Assembly (NCBI GenBank): GCA_026708015.1
Contig: JAPOVT010000049.1
Coordinates: forward strand, 5,274 to 69,273
Reading direction: 5' to 3'
DNA from: a bacterium
Lineage (GTDB): Bacteria; Actinomycetota; Acidimicrobiia; Acidimicrobiales; Bin134
DNA: 64,000 nucleotides
The notes under the pieces are model-generated. The model was not told the DNA's origin, searched no databases, and saw nothing but the letters and a program-made list of their open reading frames with translations. Made by a program: the position numbers and the translations under genes. The number at the start of each line of letters is the position of its first letter. The first letter of the stretch is position 1. This document shows, piece after piece, positions 8,890-18,365 of this stretch.

Positions 8890-10032
8890 TTAGGCGGGCG
8901 ACTCCACCCGGTACAGCTCTTCGGCGTTGCCCCACAGGAGCTGGTGGCGGGCTTCGGGGGAGAAGTGGCCCAGGCTGGCGGCGATCTTCTCCTCCACGTT
9001 GTCGTAGAGGCAGGTGGGGTGGGGGAAGTCGGTCTCGAACAGCACGTTGTCCAGCGGGATCCGGTCGCCCAGCACATCCTGGGGTGCTGATTCTTCAAAC
9101 CAGAATGTGGTGTACACCTGATCGTAGAAGTACTCGCTGGGCAGCTTTTCGAACTCAGGCCGCTCCTGCCTGCCACCGCCCTCGACGAATTGGTGGTCGA
9201 GCGCCTCGAGCATGAACGGCAACCAGCCGATGCCCGACTCCACCGACACCACTCGTAGCTTCGGGAACCGGGGCAGCACGCCCGACAGCAGCAAGTCGCA
9301 CACCTGGATCCCGTTCTTGGTGAACAGGTCTATGGATTGGAGGGCGTAGGCCTCCACGAAGCCCCGGCGCTCCACTCGGGTGCGGTCCCAGTTGAACTCG
9401 CCGCTGCCGATGTGGAACGACACCACCATGTCGCAGTCGCATATTGCCGACCAGAACGGGTCCCAGTGGGACTCGCCCAGATAGGGCAGGCCGAACACCT
9501 GGGGCTCGCCGGTGAAGTTCACCGATCGGTAGCCCTTTGCCGCACACCGCTGTACTTCGGCCACCGCGCTGTCCACGTCCCAAAACGGGGTGGCCATCGA
9601 TGGAATGAGGCGCCGGTCATCGGCGCTGCACCACTCGGAGAGGAAGTCGTTGTAAGCCCGGACGCACTCGTATTTCAGCTTGGCGTCCTCGATGGACAAG
9701 AACTTCTGGGCGCCGAACCCGCCAACGTTGGGATACAGCACCTCGGCCCACACCCCCCGCTGGTCCATGAGCTCTAAGCGGGCCTGGGCGTCGTAAGCCG
9801 CCGGATGCACCTCGTCATAGCCGGCAGGGGAGTCGGGCATGGGCTTCTTCCACCCCGCGGGGGCCGTCGGGCCCACCGCGCCGATGCGCTCGTCGCCCAG
9901 CAGCCACACCTCCCGGCCCTCGGCCACCTCCACCCGGGGAACAAGGTCGCGGTGGCGGGCGGACACCCGGCTGGTCCAAGTGTCGGCCGGCTCGGTGATG
10001 TGGGTGTCGACATCGATGATCGAATAGGCCAT
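8890..10032 (-). CDS. amidohydrolase-2 family protein (ACMSD-like decarboxylase/hydrolase)
   Basis: 380 aa. N-terminal IIDVDTHITEP metal-binding motif and FETDFPH near the C-terminus. Confidence 0.75.
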   Translation of the reverse strand: MAYSIIDVDTHITEPADTWTSRVSARHRDLVPRVEVAEGREVWLLGDERIGAVGPTAPAGWKKPMPDSPAGYDEVHPAAYDAQARLELMDQRGVWAEVLYPNVGGFGAQKFLSIEDAKLKYECVRAYNDFLSEWCSADDRRLIPSMATPFWDVDSAVAEVQRCAAKGYRSVNFTGEPQVFGLPYLGESHWDPFWSAICDCDMVVSFHIGSGEFNWDRTRVERRGFVEAYALQSIDLFTKNGIQVCDLLLSGVLPRFPKLRVVSVESGIGWLPFMLEALDHQFVEGGGRQERPEFEKLPSEYFYDQVYTTFWFEESAPQDVLGDRIPLDNVLFETDFPHPTCLYDNVEEKIAASLGHFSPEARHQLLWGNAEELYRVESPA

Positions 10033-10103
10033 GCACCAGTCTCGCGCCGTTCAAGCCATTAATGCATTGGCGGCGGACTTCGGATCGGTCAAGGATTAGG
10101 GGC

Positions 10104-11807
10104 ATGAGCAGCGCTGGCAGTCCGGGAGGCGATGAGCCCGGCGAGCGCAGCGACTTCATCCGCAGCCTGATCCGCCAGGACATCGCCGATGGCACTTACG
10201 GCGGTCGGGTGCAGACCCGATTCCCTCCCGAACCCAACGGCTATCTCCACATCGGCCACGCCAAGTCGATCTGCTTGAACTTCGATTTGGCTACGGAATT
10301 CGGCGGCACCTGCAACCTCCGGTTCGACGACACCAACCCCGAGACGGAGCGGGCCGACTTTGTGGCTGCCATCGAGGAGGACATCGCCTGGCTGGGCTAT
10401 CAGTCCGACCGGGGCACCCTGTACGCCTCCGACTACTTCGAGCAGCTCTACCAGTGGGCCGAGGACCTGATTGCGGCCGGGTTGGCCTATGTGGACGACC
10501 AGGACGCCGAGGCCATATCGGAGAACCGGGGCAGCTTCACCGAGGCGGGCACCGAAAGCCCGTGGCGCAACCGCACCCCCGAAGAGAACCTCGACCTGTT
10601 CCGGCGGATGACAGCCGGGGAGTTCGCCGACGGCGAGCGGGTGCTGCGGGCCCGCATCGACATGGCCCACGAGAACATGCTCATGCGCGACCCGGTGCTG
10701 TACCGCATCCGCCATCACACCCACCATCGCACCGGCGACCGGTGGTGCATCTACCCCACCTACGACTGGGCCCACGGCCAGAGCGACGCGGTGGAAGGCG
10801 TGACCAACTCCATCTGCACCCTGGAATTTGACGCCCACCGTCCGCTGTACGACTGGTTCTTGGACCATCTCGATTTGCCCGGCGACCGCCCCCGCCAGAC
10901 GGAGTTCGCCCGCTTGAACGTGACCCACGCGGTGTTGTCCAAGCGCCGGCTGTTGCAGTTGGTGGGCGATGGCCATGTGGACGGCTGGGACGATCCCCGC
11001 ATGCCCACCTTGCGGGGCCTTCGCCGCCGCGGCTTCCCGCCCCAGGCCATCAGGGAGTTCTGCCGCCACGTCGGCGTGGCCCGGGTGGACGGCACTGTGG
11101 AGGTGGAGCTGCTGGAGTCGTTCGTCCGCCGAGAGATGAACGCCACCGCGCTGCGCCGGATGGCGGTGCTCAACCCGCTGCGCCTGGTGATCGAGAACTA
11201 TCCCGAGGGCCAAGTGGAGATGCGAGAGGCGGGCAACAACCCCGAGGATCCTTCGGACGGCACTCGGCAGGTGCCGTTCTCCAGGGAGCTCTACATTGAA
11301 CGGGACGACTTCATGCTCGACCCGCCCCCCAAGTTCTTCCGGCTGTCACCGGGCCGGGAGGTAAGACTGCGCTCGGGCTACTTCGTGACCTGCACCGGGG
11401 TGGACACCGACGCTGACGGCAACGTCACCGAGGTCCGCTGCACCTACGACCCCGAGACCGGCTCTGGCCAGGCCCCCGACGGCCGCAAGGTAAAGGCCAC
11501 CCTCCACTGGGTGTCGGCCGCCCACGCCCTCGACGGTCGGGCTGTGCTCTACGAGCGCCTGTTCACCGACCCCCACCCCGGCGCTGACGGCACCGATCCC
11601 ATGGACTCGCTCGACCCCGACTCGGCCCAGCTCATCGAGGGCGCCCGCTTCGAGCCCGCCATGGTCGACATCGCCCCCGGCCAAGTGGTCCAGTTCGAGC
11701 GCCTCGGCTACTTCGCCCGAGACCCCGAAACCCCCGATCTGTTCCACCGCACCGTCGGCCTAAGAGACGAGTGGGCCCGCATCCAAAAGCGCCAGGGCAA
11801 CAAGTAG
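10104..11807 (+). CDS. glnS: glutaminyl-tRNA synthetase
   Basis: RFPPEPNGYLHIGHAKSICLNF (HIGH) and VLSKRRL (MSK-type) motifs, with a GlnRS-type C-terminal anticodon-binding region. ATG 10104 is preceded by AAGGA. Confidence 0.85.
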   Translation: MSSAGSPGGDEPGERSDFIRSLIRQDIADGTYGGRVQTRFPPEPNGYLHIGHAKSICLNFDLATEFGGTCNLRFDDTNPETERADFVAAIEEDIAWLGYQSDRGTLYASDYFEQLYQWAEDLIAAGLAYVDDQDAEAISENRGSFTEAGTESPWRNRTPEENLDLFRRMTAGEFADGERVLRARIDMAHENMLMRDPVLYRIRHHTHHRTGDRWCIYPTYDWAHGQSDAVEGVTNSICTLEFDAHRPLYDWFLDHLDLPGDRPRQTEFARLNVTHAVLSKRRLLQLVGDGHVDGWDDPRMPTLRGLRRRGFPPQAIREFCRHVGVARVDGTVEVELLESFVRREMNATALRRMAVLNPLRLVIENYPEGQVEMREAGNNPEDPSDGTRQVPFSRELYIERDDFMLDPPPKFFRLSPGREVRLRSGYFVTCTGVDTDADGNVTEVRCTYDPETGSGQAPDGRKVKATLHWVSAAHALDGRAVLYERLFTDPHPGADGTDPMDSLDPDSAQLIEGARFEPAMVDIAPGQVVQFERLGYFARDPETPDLFHRTVGLRDEWARIQKRQGNK

Positions 11808-11884
11808 TCACGCAGGCTGCCGCCATGCCGTGAAACCCACTAAGGGGTTCTAAGCGTTCTGTATTATGTAACACGGCGCTCTGA

Positions 11885-12412
11885 GTGGGGAGGCTTTTGG
11901 TGAAGCGGTATGTGGCTTTGGCGGTCGTGTTCTGTGTGGTGACAGCGGGCTTGGCGGTGCCTGCTGGGGGGCAGTTTGAGGATGGAGCTACAGTTCCGCC
12001 TGGACCTCCAGCTTCGACTGCGACGAGGTCGGTTGCGGGATTGGTAGAAGGGGGCGGTGCTGTTGGGGCGGAGGGTTCGGAGGTTTTCGTTCCAGTTCCG
12101 GCAGTGCCCGGTGTGCCGCCTGCTGATGGGCCGCTTTCGGACGATGCGGCTGGGCTAGATGACGGCACTCCTGCTGAGGGGGCAGATGGTGCGTCGGAAC
12201 CGCCCCCGGAGCCAACACCGGATCCGGTTGCGGTGGATAACGGTTCTGAATCAGGGCCGGTTCCGGTTGTTGGAGAGTTCGGGCCTGCGCCCGAGGGTTT
12301 TGAGGGGTTGCCGCCTTGCGGCGAGGGCTATGTGTGCGGGCAGGCAAGCATTCTGCCGCCGCCGACAGGTTTGTCTTGTTCGGCGACGGCGTCGTCGATT
12401 GCGTTCTCATGA
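11885..12412 (+). CDS. N-terminal segment of a giant secreted FN3-repeat protein. It has a signal/anchor, a Pro/Gly/Glu-rich linker and the start of module 1, and ends at an in-frame TGA.
   Basis: Hydrophobic KRYVALAVVFCVVTAGLAVPAGG. The ORF ends ...PPPTGLSCSATASSIAFS*, exactly where the paralogous module reads ...PAPTGLACSATPTSISFSW. Confidence 0.7.
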   Translation: MGRLLVKRYVALAVVFCVVTAGLAVPAGGQFEDGATVPPGPPASTATRSVAGLVEGGGAVGAEGSEVFVPVPAVPGVPPADGPLSDDAAGLDDGTPAEGADGASEPPPEPTPDPVAVDNGSESGPVPVVGEFGPAPEGFEGLPPCGEGYVCGQASILPPPTGLSCSATASSIAFS

Positions 12413-15400
12413 AATGCGGTTGCGGGTGCGGACGACTATACGGCGAAGCTCCAGTTGGCAGTGCCCAACAGTCCTCAAACCCCGAAGACCACATCTTCGA
12501 CTTCGGTGACATTCACCGAATTGTTGTCGTCAACGAGGTACTACCTGGGTGTTCATGCCAATGTGGATGGCGCGGCCCAGTACTTTTCGGGCATCTATTG
12601 CACAACCCCGGTGGGACCGCCGGCCTGCGGGACGGTTTCGGCGAGTTCGGTGCGGTTGAATTGGCGGGCTGATTCCCGGGTCAACAGCTGGTATGTGGGC
12701 CGAAGGACCACACCGGGTAACTATGTTGACGGGCGGTCTGCTCTGGGGTCCACGCTGACGACGACATTCACCGGCTTGGCCAGGAATGTGTCGTACACAT
12801 TCTACTTCTGGTACCGGCTATCGCCTGGGGGAACGTGGCATCAGGTTCATCCCAGCAGGTCGTGTACCACGACAGCGCCGCCGTCGGCACCCTCAGTTTC
12901 CTGCACGACTACGGCAAGCAGTATCACTGCCACGTGGGGGTCGGTTGCGGGGGCGGCCCGGTATCGGGTTTCCAGGGGCGCTGGGTGGGCCACTGCCTCT
13001 GGGCGGAGCCATGTGTTCTCCAACCTGGAGGAGTCGACTGCCTATACCGTGAGAGTCCAAGGCGGCAACACGGCTGGCTGGGGCGCCGTCGGGACGGCGA
13101 GCTGTACAACTGCGACGTCGGTTCTCCCGGCGCCCACCGGTCTAGCGTGCTCGGCGACACCCACGTCGATCTCGTTCTCTTGGAACTCGGTCGCGGGTGC
13201 CGACAGCTATATGGCGAAGATCCAGCTCGCAGTGGCGGGCAGCCCGCAGACATCGAAGAGTGCGACATCGACATCGGTGGTGTTCGACAGCTTGGAGCCG
13301 GCCACGAGGTATTGGGTGGGCGTGCATGCGGTCAAGAGCAGCACGCCTCAGCTGTCTGCGGGCGTGTATTGCACGACCCTGGCCGACATCGCTGCGCCCG
13401 TCGTCTCATGTATGGTCACATCGACCACCATTATGGCGTCTTGGACGGCGATTACAGGGGCCACGAAGTACCGGGCCAAGCGGGGCAGTGATAGCTGGAC
13501 CTCTGACCTGACAGAGACGTCGCATGTGTTCTCGGGCTTGTCGTCGGGCACGGCCTACACCATTACCGTCCAGTCAGGCAGCACTGCGGGTTGGGGCCGG
13601 GCCGGCACAGCGACCTGCGTGACGATGGCGGCTGGGTTGAGTTGCGGGACGGCGACCATTTCCAGTGTGGTGTTGAACTGGGAGGCTAGGCCCGGGGTGA
13701 GGTGGTGGTACGCCGCCCGCTCAGTGCCCGGCGACTTCACCGACGGCAGGATGCTCGATGGAGAGCTGTCGACGAGGTTCACCGGTTTGTCCAAGGACAC
13801 CTCCTATGTGCTTCGCCTCTGGTGGTGGGGCAGCAGCCGGTGGAACGAAGTGACCCCTTCGCCGGTCTGCGAGACAACTCCGGTGGCCGCCCCGGTCTTG
13901 ACGGCCCACACCACGGGGGGCAACACGCTCACCATCGAGTGGAACCCGGTAGACGGTGCCGAGGTGTATCAGGTGAGGTACAGGCCAAGTCAGTCGGCTG
14001 GCGCCTCGGGGGCGTCCGGGACCAACGATTGGCGGACAGTGGTGTCGACGGGTGAGTTTCATACCGTCACTGGCCTGAGTCCCGGCACCGAGTACACGGT
14101 GGAGATCCGGGCCGGGATCGGAATCCCCCGGCGCTGGAGTGCGGTCCCCTCCTTTTCCCTTACGATGTCCCCAACCACTTGCGCAGCGAGCACCACGACG
14201 AGCGTCACGATCTCTTGGGACGACACCGCTGACCAGTACCACTGGCAGACCAGGCGGATAACGGGAATAAACCAGTACACCGACACCAAAACGTTTACCA
14301 AGGGCGGTGCTACCGAGGCGACGTACACCGGCCTCCAACCCGGCACGAAGTACTGGTTCGGCGTGTGGCGGCGCACAGAGACCACTGACCAGTGGCAGCC
14401 CTACACTCGCTTCCCTCATTGCCATACCAGCCCCAGCAATCCGGTGATCGACCAGTGCCCGCAAACCGCGGATTCCTCCGGCACGGTTCGATGGACGCCT
14501 AACGGCGCCTCCTCCTATCGGATCACCAGCCAAGGCACGGCAACCAACCCCAACTGGATTACCACCAACGCCAACTCCTATACCTTCACCGGTCTTGCCG
14601 AAGGCACCACCTATGCCGTCCAACTCCAAGCCTGGAACCCTTCGGGATGGAGCACCGGCAGCACCTGCCAATTGACAACTCTCCCGGCCATACCCACAGG
14701 AACGCTTACTACTACGAGCGGTACGAAGTACTATTTCACCAAAGGAACGGTCAAGGGAGTCCTCTACTCTGCAGGAAAGGCCATAAACGACAGGAGCACT
14801 TCAACCAGCACAGTCACTCAGATCACTTGCGGCAACGGCGGCAGTATGGCAATAAATCAACTCGCCGCGATCATGTTGTCGATACCAATCTACGAAATTG
14901 AATCTCCGACTAACGCCAATGCAGCCACATCTCCCATGGTGCTGAGTAGATGGGACAACCCCAGCCAGCAAGAGCAGACGCATGCGAGAATGACCGAGAG
15001 TTTGAACAAGAGGCTGTATTCGCATATGGACACGGCAGGGTATCTTAGGGCTCACTGGAGTCCCGGCGTTGGCCTATGGCAACTTGACCAACTTAACAAC
15101 ACTGTCTTGAACATGAACCATGCCGAGCGCGCAAACACCACAAAGGGCGGTGTCGAGGTTGCAAAGTGGCTGCTCAACGGTTATTGCCGTAACACCGCTG
15201 GAGATGCGGGACTCAAGACTGCCTTGAGGAGGTGGGTCGCTTGCTATGAGGAAACAAGCACAACCCACAGGTGCTACAACGCCTACAATAGCGGCCCGCT
15301 CAAGCTCTACGAGAACGGCAAACTCAACATAGGCGTTGCACAAACCCATGGAGATATTGATGGCGGCGTCAAGGAGCGCACATGTCGATGGATTTCAAAT

Positions 15401-15916
15401 GAGGAAGAAATGCCGTGCTTCCTTTATGATGCTGACGCACCTCAAGGGAAGATAAAAGGAGAAGACAAAACCGGTCAGAATAGTGCGCGAACTCCATTGG
15501 CAAAGGCATTCGTATCCCTCACCGATCCTGAAACGGGAACTAGATATGCGGCGTGGCCCAAACAGTGGCCGCGGTCATCGGCTTATGTGGATTGGCCCAC
15601 AGATGTAGTGGCCACAGATAAGACCATTTATAGAGCCGTCAAACAAAACGAGGAAGTCCGGTGTAGCCCCGGCCGCGATTCAACGCCAGAAACCGTAAAT
15701 GATTGTGCGGAAGGAACCTATAAGCCGTTCGGGGATGCGATCGCCAACGAAGACTTTTCCGGTGGAAATAGAATCGTAGAGGGTTGGTACGACGACTCAG
15801 TGCCCTTCCGCAATGGCGGTACTGCTGCGGACAGGCGCAATCTCCAGGTCCAAACCTGCGAAGCGAGAGTAATAGCTGGACAAAGCGTTGTCTACTGCAG
15901 GTGGGTAGATGTCTAG
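12413..15916 (+). CDS. continuation of the same reading frame: remainder of nine FN3-like modules plus a ~410-aa C-terminal SLT-like/Cys-rich domain
   Basis: Same frame as 11885-12412. No ATG, RBS or signal peptide of its own (the track start at 12455 is a TTG inside module 1). C-terminal motifs are IYEIES, GLWQLD and AYNSGP. Confidence 0.7.
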   Translation, partial: NAVAGADDYTAKLQLAVPNSPQTPKTTSSTSVTFTELLSSTRYYLGVHANVDGAAQYFSGIYCTTPVGPPACGTVSASSVRLNWRADSRVNSWYVGRRTTPGNYVDGRSALGSTLTTTFTGLARNVSYTFYFWYRLSPGGTWHQVHPSRSCTTTAPPSAPSVSCTTTASSITATWGSVAGAARYRVSRGAGWATASGRSHVFSNLEESTAYTVRVQGGNTAGWGAVGTASCTTATSVLPAPTGLACSATPTSISFSWNSVAGADSYMAKIQLAVAGSPQTSKSATSTSVVFDSLEPATRYWVGVHAVKSSTPQLSAGVYCTTLADIAAPVVSCMVTSTTIMASWTAITGATKYRAKRGSDSWTSDLTETSHVFSGLSSGTAYTITVQSGSTAGWGRAGTATCVTMAAGLSCGTATISSVVLNWEARPGVRWWYAARSVPGDFTDGRMLDGELSTRFTGLSKDTSYVLRLWWWGSSRWNEVTPSPVCETTPVAAPVLTAHTTGGNTLTIEWNPVDGAEVYQVRYRPSQSAGASGASGTNDWRTVVSTGEFHTVTGLSPGTEYTVEIRAGIGIPRRWSAVPSFSLTMSPTTCAASTTTSVTISWDDTADQYHWQTRRITGINQYTDTKTFTKGGATEATYTGLQPGTKYWFGVWRRTETTDQWQPYTRFPHCHTSPSNPVIDQCPQTADSSGTVRWTPNGASSYRITSQGTATNPNWITTNANSYTFTGLAEGTTYAVQLQAWNPSGWSTGSTCQLTTLPAIPTGTLTTTSGTKYYFTKGTVKGVLYSAGKAINDRSTSTSTVTQITCGNGGSMAINQLAAIMLSIPIYEIESPTNANAATSPMVLSRWDNPSQQEQTHARMTESLNKRLYSHMDTAGYLRAHWSPGVGLWQLDQLNNTVLNMNHAERANTTKGGVEVAKWLLNGYCRNTAGDAGLKTALRRWVACYEETSTTHRCYNAYNSGPLKLYENGKLNIGVAQTHGDIDGGVKERTCRWISNEEEMPCFLYDADAPQGKIKGEDKTGQNSARTPLAKAFVSLTDPETGTRYAAWPKQWPRSSAYVDWPTDVVATDKTIYRAVKQNEEVRCSPGRDSTPETVNDCAEGTYKPFGDAIANEDFSGGNRIVEGWYDDSVPFRNGGTAADRRNLQVQTCEARVIAGQSVVYCRWVDV

Positions 15917-15947
15917 AAGCCCTTCACGTGTCGAGAGAGGTGGAAGG

Positions 15948-18365
15948 ATGGGATTGAGCGCGTTGGTGATTGTTCGACGGGTTGCTGTGGTGATCGCGGC
16001 AGGAGGGCTTACTGTTGTCGGGTGCGGTAGCGAAACGGCTGGTCGAACTATGGCGGAGCCGATATCGGCGTCGGCACCCACACCAACGGACACGAAGGTA
16101 GCTGTGGCAGAAGAGCCTGCTGCTACAGAACTGCCAATTGTTGCCGGGGAGCCGTCTTGGGACCAAGATAAGTTGGAAAGGGAATCGCCGGTCGCCGCGC
16201 CTTCTACCACGCCGACGGTAGAAGCAACTTTGGATGACGACGACTCATCCACGACTGGAGCGGTTGGGGATTCGGAGCCTCCGGAGCTTCTAGAGCACGA
16301 CGTTTCGGATGAAGAGAATGCCCCTGACGATACGCCGCTAGCGTCCGATCCGGACTTCCCGCCACAAGCTGAAGATGTAGTAGTAATCGAATCTTTCAAT
16401 GTGAAAGAATGCGTGATGCGGGGAATGTTGCACAACCAGTCGGACAGCCTGTTTGCTAGAGATGTTGTGTTGATTATTGAATCTCCAGATAGGAGCAAGA
16501 AAGCCAGTTGGCATTGGCCGCTTATGATGCTGCCAGACGAGCGGGCACCTTTTGAAATCAATATAAATTGGTCGCGCAACGAACTCGCTGCAACTACTCC
16601 GAGTAATTCTCAATGGATGGAGCCGTATGATCTGGCGCAGAGTTCCTGGAGCAGTATATGGCACACCGTCACAGCGACCTTTTCTGAAAAGCCAGACGTG
16701 TCTCGCTCTTTCTCGTGGAATGCAGATGGGACCGAAGACTATAATCTGTTCCAATCATTTCAGAACTATTTGGTTTACGATGATCGAGTATTTGAGAGTG
16801 AAGATTGGTACGAATTTCGATACAGGGGAGGCCGCGGTGTCAGGCTCCTGCATCGCCATAAATTTGAGTTAGTTTACCCAAACTATCTCGTCATAAGTAA
16901 CGACCTCGACCCCATCTTATCTGAGTTCCAACCGTATGACTTTACCGACATTTACTATACCCCAGAAATTTCACCTCCAACCATTCGATATCAAACCCCC
17001 GAGATTCCATATCAGAAGTTTTATGATCCGATAAATGATCAGACCGCGAAAGACGTCAAAGTATATCAAGCTATTCTTGGACCAGGTGGAGTTCTAGACG
17101 TGAGAGAGCTCATACTTCACACAGTTGTAGAGGAAATAAGCCCGGAAGGAAGAATTGTGGATCGCACTATGACTCCAATTTCCGAACTTGTAAACTATGA
17201 TTCAGGCACCGCTATACCAGTTTATGTTCGAGTTACCACTCCAGATCGGATCGATAATCCACCAGGTGACAATTGGGACTACGAAGGAAAGGTCTGGATT
17301 GGGATTGCTGGCCAAGGAGATCCATTTGCAGATTCAAAAGATGTCTCGCAAGTATTGAGTTCTGGTAGACAAGGAAGAGATATTCCGCGCGGCACATGCG
17401 ACTTGCCAGGTGGATTGGCTGTACAAGATTTTATGATTCAAAGCAATAGTGGAATCGCAGGCCAGGTGTTCAATATCCCGTTGGGATATTTTGGAACATT
17501 TGACGCGTTCGAACCATCTCAAGAGGCGATCGACGATGTCATCGTTGAAGATGAAACGATTGCAATAATCGATGGTGTTATTCGAGGTTTGGTACACAAT
17601 CTTTCTGCCGACAAGTTTGCTCGGGGTGTGACCGTGACTGCGGTACCAAAGGATGGCAGCGAAGATAGCGCAAGCTGGCAGTGGCCACTGACTCTGCAAC
17701 CCGGTGAACGGGCTCCCTTCGAAATTATAGGCTGGAACGGTGTCTCTGATCCGGAGGCATTTTCTTTCCAAGTGTCAGCGTCGTTTTCAGAGCAGGTTGA
17801 TATCAGCCGCGCATTTCGTGTGGAAAGATCTAATAACTTTGGCTATGTGTATAAAGAGGATGCCAGGGAATTATACAATAGGGAAAAGTACCAAAACTCA
17901 TACCCTGGTAACTATAGGGATTATAATGTCTGGTTAGGTCAGAATCGAAACTATCTTCTTTGGGATGAGTTTGAAAAAATATACCTGGATGTCCTGACTC
18001 CTGATCTTGATTCCGATGTCGCAAAATTCGAATATTCGGAGATATATGCTAGCGTTGTGCGCGCTGACTCACATCCAAGTTTGGACGGTAAGATCGATAC
18101 GCAAGTCATTGATGAATTGAAGGCATATCGTGCCATCTTCAATTCAAATATGGAGGTCGTTGAAGTTTACGAGTTGATACCATTCACATCCGTCTATTCT
18201 TCGAACGCTCCTATCAATCGTCGCCTCATGCCAGTCAACGTTGTCCCCACGCCAAATGGCTGGACTCCTAAAACCGTACAGATGCTCTTGGTCTCCCCCA
18301 TGGAAAGTGAAGAGGACACTGAGACCTATTATTCCAGCCAGGTGTGGATTGGCGGAACGTCCTAG
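15948..18365 (+). CDS. lipoprotein of unknown family with an internal ~390-aa tandem duplication
   Basis: Signal plus lipobox MGLSALVIVRRVAVVIAAGGLTVVGC, preceded by AGGTGGAAGG. The alternative ATG 15909 overlaps the upstream stop. An acidic linker is followed by two homologous modules sharing HNxSxxxFARxV...ASWxWPLxLxPxERAPFEI. Confidence 0.75.
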   Translation: MGLSALVIVRRVAVVIAAGGLTVVGCGSETAGRTMAEPISASAPTPTDTKVAVAEEPAATELPIVAGEPSWDQDKLERESPVAAPSTTPTVEATLDDDDSSTTGAVGDSEPPELLEHDVSDEENAPDDTPLASDPDFPPQAEDVVVIESFNVKECVMRGMLHNQSDSLFARDVVLIIESPDRSKKASWHWPLMMLPDERAPFEININWSRNELAATTPSNSQWMEPYDLAQSSWSSIWHTVTATFSEKPDVSRSFSWNADGTEDYNLFQSFQNYLVYDDRVFESEDWYEFRYRGGRGVRLLHRHKFELVYPNYLVISNDLDPILSEFQPYDFTDIYYTPEISPPTIRYQTPEIPYQKFYDPINDQTAKDVKVYQAILGPGGVLDVRELILHTVVEEISPEGRIVDRTMTPISELVNYDSGTAIPVYVRVTTPDRIDNPPGDNWDYEGKVWIGIAGQGDPFADSKDVSQVLSSGRQGRDIPRGTCDLPGGLAVQDFMIQSNSGIAGQVFNIPLGYFGTFDAFEPSQEAIDDVIVEDETIAIIDGVIRGLVHNLSADKFARGVTVTAVPKDGSEDSASWQWPLTLQPGERAPFEIIGWNGVSDPEAFSFQVSASFSEQVDISRAFRVERSNNFGYVYKEDARELYNREKYQNSYPGNYRDYNVWLGQNRNYLLWDEFEKIYLDVLTPDLDSDVAKFEYSEIYASVVRADSHPSLDGKIDTQVIDELKAYRAIFNSNMEVVEVYELIPFTSVYSSNAPINRRLMPVNVVPTPNGWTPKTVQMLLVSPMESEEDTETYYSSQVWIGGTS

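Noticed and set aside
12410-12412. Selenocysteine, or reassigned TGA=Trp decoding, for the stop inside the FN3 gene.
   Set aside because: The aligned residue in paralogous modules is a structural Trp, not a redox Cys. No UxxC/CxxU context or convincing downstream hairpin was seen. Many other genes in the window end at TGA, so a genome-wide TGA=Trp code is excluded.
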